The notes under the pieces were generated by a model that saw only the letters and a list, made by a program, of their open reading frames with translations, was not told where the DNA came from and did no database searches. This document shows, in pieces, positions 25,951-27,329 of a stretch of DNA of 27,329 bases (its first letter is position 1; every line of letters starts with the position of its first letter). Made by a program: the position numbers and the translations under genes. This stretch comes from a virus (Duplodnaviria > Caudoviricetes): the IMG/VR virus record IMGVR_UViG_3300017747_001705, positions 1-27,329 of that record, one strand, 5' to 3'.

Positions 25951-26511
25951 TTACTCGTAAAGAATGTTGATTGAACCAGCATCAAATGTATCTGTACCAT
26001 TTACAGTAGTAATACGAACTCGGTCTAAAGTGCCGCCAAGTGCAATATTTCCACCACTTCCTTGCCCTGTTTGACTGCCTGTTGGTATTAATACGCTACT
26101 TTCAACCCATGTATTTGAAGTTAAGTTTGTAATAACAATGTGACCACTATAAGCTGCTGAAGCTACATTGGCTTGTGTCAAAACAAATCCTGCTGTGCTT
26201 GTTGCTATAGTATTAGCATAAGAACTAGCATTTCCTACATAGCCACTTGTTGTTACACTTCCAGCACCAATTTGTATTAAAAAACTAGATGTTCCGTTGG
26301 TACTAACCCCATTAAACATTACAGTAATCCGTTTTACCCAACTGGGTATGCTAGTAAAGTCTATTGAAGTTCCGCTAGTAGATGCTTGTGCGGTCATGCT
26401 AGTAATAATGCTACCGCTTGGTGTGCCAGCGAAAGTAGGGCTAGTTAAAGTAGGTGTTGTTAGTGAAGCACTCGTTAGGTTAGGACTATCGCCTGATATA
26501 GTGATTGCCAT
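25951..26511 (-). CDS. Short tail-fibre-like protein
   Basis: STSGTSIDFT.IPSWVKRITV and DRVRITTVNGTDTFDAGSINILYE; S/T/G-rich. Confidence 0.7.
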   Translation of the reverse strand: MAITISGDSPNLTSASLTTPTLTSPTFAGTPSGSIITSMTAQASTSGTSIDFTSIPSWVKRITVMFNGVSTNGTSSFLIQIGAGSVTTSGYVGNASSYANTIATSTAGFVLTQANVASAAYSGHIVITNLTSNTWVESSVLIPTGSQTGQGSGGNIALGGTLDRVRITTVNGTDTFDAGSINILYE

Positions 26512-26513
26512 AA

Positions 26514-26738
26514 TTAAACCTCTATTTGTTTTAACTGCTCAAGCGTTGTGGCTTGGTCAGCTAGTTGGGTAATGTCACGAAGCCTTTGTTTCTCAGCTAC
26601 GATAGCAGTCGTATCAGCACCCGACTCTAACGCTCGTTGGAACGCTACATCTTGAGCCTGTAATAAAGGTGTACGCTCTGCTCTTAGGCGGTCTTTAGTA
26701 ATCGCTTTGGCTTTGGTCATATTGATGGTGATACTCAT
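26514..26738 (-). CDS. Tail fibre assembly chaperone-like protein (C-terminal type)
   Basis: LRAER.PLL...D.....ALE......EKQRLRDIT motif; ATGA coupling gives start 26738. Confidence 0.65.
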   Translation of the reverse strand: MSITINMTKAKAITKDRLRAERTPLLQAQDVAFQRALESGADTTAIVAEKQRLRDITQLADQATTLEQLKQIEV

Positions 26739-26923
26739 GCTGTGTACTCCCATGCGTTACGGAATGTGCGGTCTGATGGAATGTCGGCAACATCTACAAT
26801 CTTGTATGGTTTGCCTTGTGGTACATCTTTGGCGGCAATTTCTTCAATCGTTAATCCGCAATCTGCGGGAACAATAATGGCTACACCACCATTATCGTTT
26901 GGGTAAATAATTAATTGGGTCAT
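26735..26923 (-). CDS. Tail fibre assembly-associated protein (N-terminal type)
   Basis: IIYPN..GGVAI..P...IEEIAAKDVP...Y.I.D...IP.DR.FRNAW motif; GGAG RBS. Confidence 0.7.
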   Translation of the reverse strand: MTQLIIYPNDNGGVAIIVPADCGLTIEEIAAKDVPQGKPYKIVDVADIPSDRTFRNAWEYTA

Positions 26924-26935
26924 TTATTTCTCCTA

Positions 26936-27329
26936 TTAGCGAAAGATGGCAACCGCAATATACTCAAAGTCAGTAAGGGTATTAGTTGAACCTCTAACTG
27001 TTTCAATTTGTATATTGCTTGCCGAAGAATTAACTCTACTAACATCTATATCGGCAATTGAGCCTGTTGTTAGCTTGCCACCACTTCCGCTATGCGCAAA
27101 ATTAGCGTCGGGCATATCACTTGTAAAGTTAACTGTGTAATTACCAACACCGTTATCAGTAATAGAGCTTACATTACCACTTGCACGAATAGCTGGTGTA
27201 CCAGTTCCATTAAAGTTTACCCATGCACGACATCCGTATGCTACTGCACTAGAGCCATAGCCTGAGTTAAATGATAAATTACCGCTAACAGACTGTGTGC
27301 CAGTTACAGATGTACCAGTAGAGGTAACA
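26936..27329 (-). CDS. Tail fibre protein, C-terminal part; 5' end outside the window
   Basis: Open frame ...AYGCRAWVNFNGTGTPAIRASGNVSSITDNGVGNYTVNF...VAIFR*. Confidence 0.8.
   Translation of the reverse strand, partial: VTSTGTSVTGTQSVSGNLSFNSGYGSSAVAYGCRAWVNFNGTGTPAIRASGNVSSITDNGVGNYTVNFTSDMPDANFAHSGSGGKLTTGSIADIDVSRVNSSASNIQIETVRGSTNTLTDFEYIAVAIFR

Noticed and set aside
897-27140. Numerous antisense or nested ORFs in the track (e.g. 1924..2349, 10097..10477, 13227..13670, 22276..22674, 26946..27140)
   Set aside because: Shadow frames of well-supported genes, with no motifs or RBS.

Overview
This window is about 27 kb of a dsDNA tailed-phage genome with podovirus-like features (P22-type portal, ejection proteins, short tail fibres) and an APSE/BPP-1-like replication module. 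Both edges lie in minus-strand virion genes, so the genome probably closes through a capsid/tail region outside the window. Left to right: (-) partial virion protein, ferritin-like protein, portal, three small basic proteins, TerL, TerS. Then a distinct ~3.9 kb island (~5990-9890): an iteron-like GGGTCA array, a (+) operon of amidoligase, class II glutamine amidotransferase and four tiny ORFs, a terminator, and a second repeat cluster sharing a motif with the first. Then (-) primase-helicase, PolA, SSB-like protein and DUF2800/Cas4-like nuclease; (+) VRR-NUC, SNF2 helicase and small ORFs; (-) lysis genes, three ejection proteins and tail genes. No integrase, tRNA or CRISPR array was seen. The most notable signals are the repeat-bracketed amidoligase/GATase island with its skewed k-mer content, a pseudoknotted element upstream of polA, an 18-bp copy of primase coding sequence duplicated just past its stop, and a probable collapsed groES remnant. 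Family assignments come from motif recognition by eye and all counts are hand counts; no database search was run.
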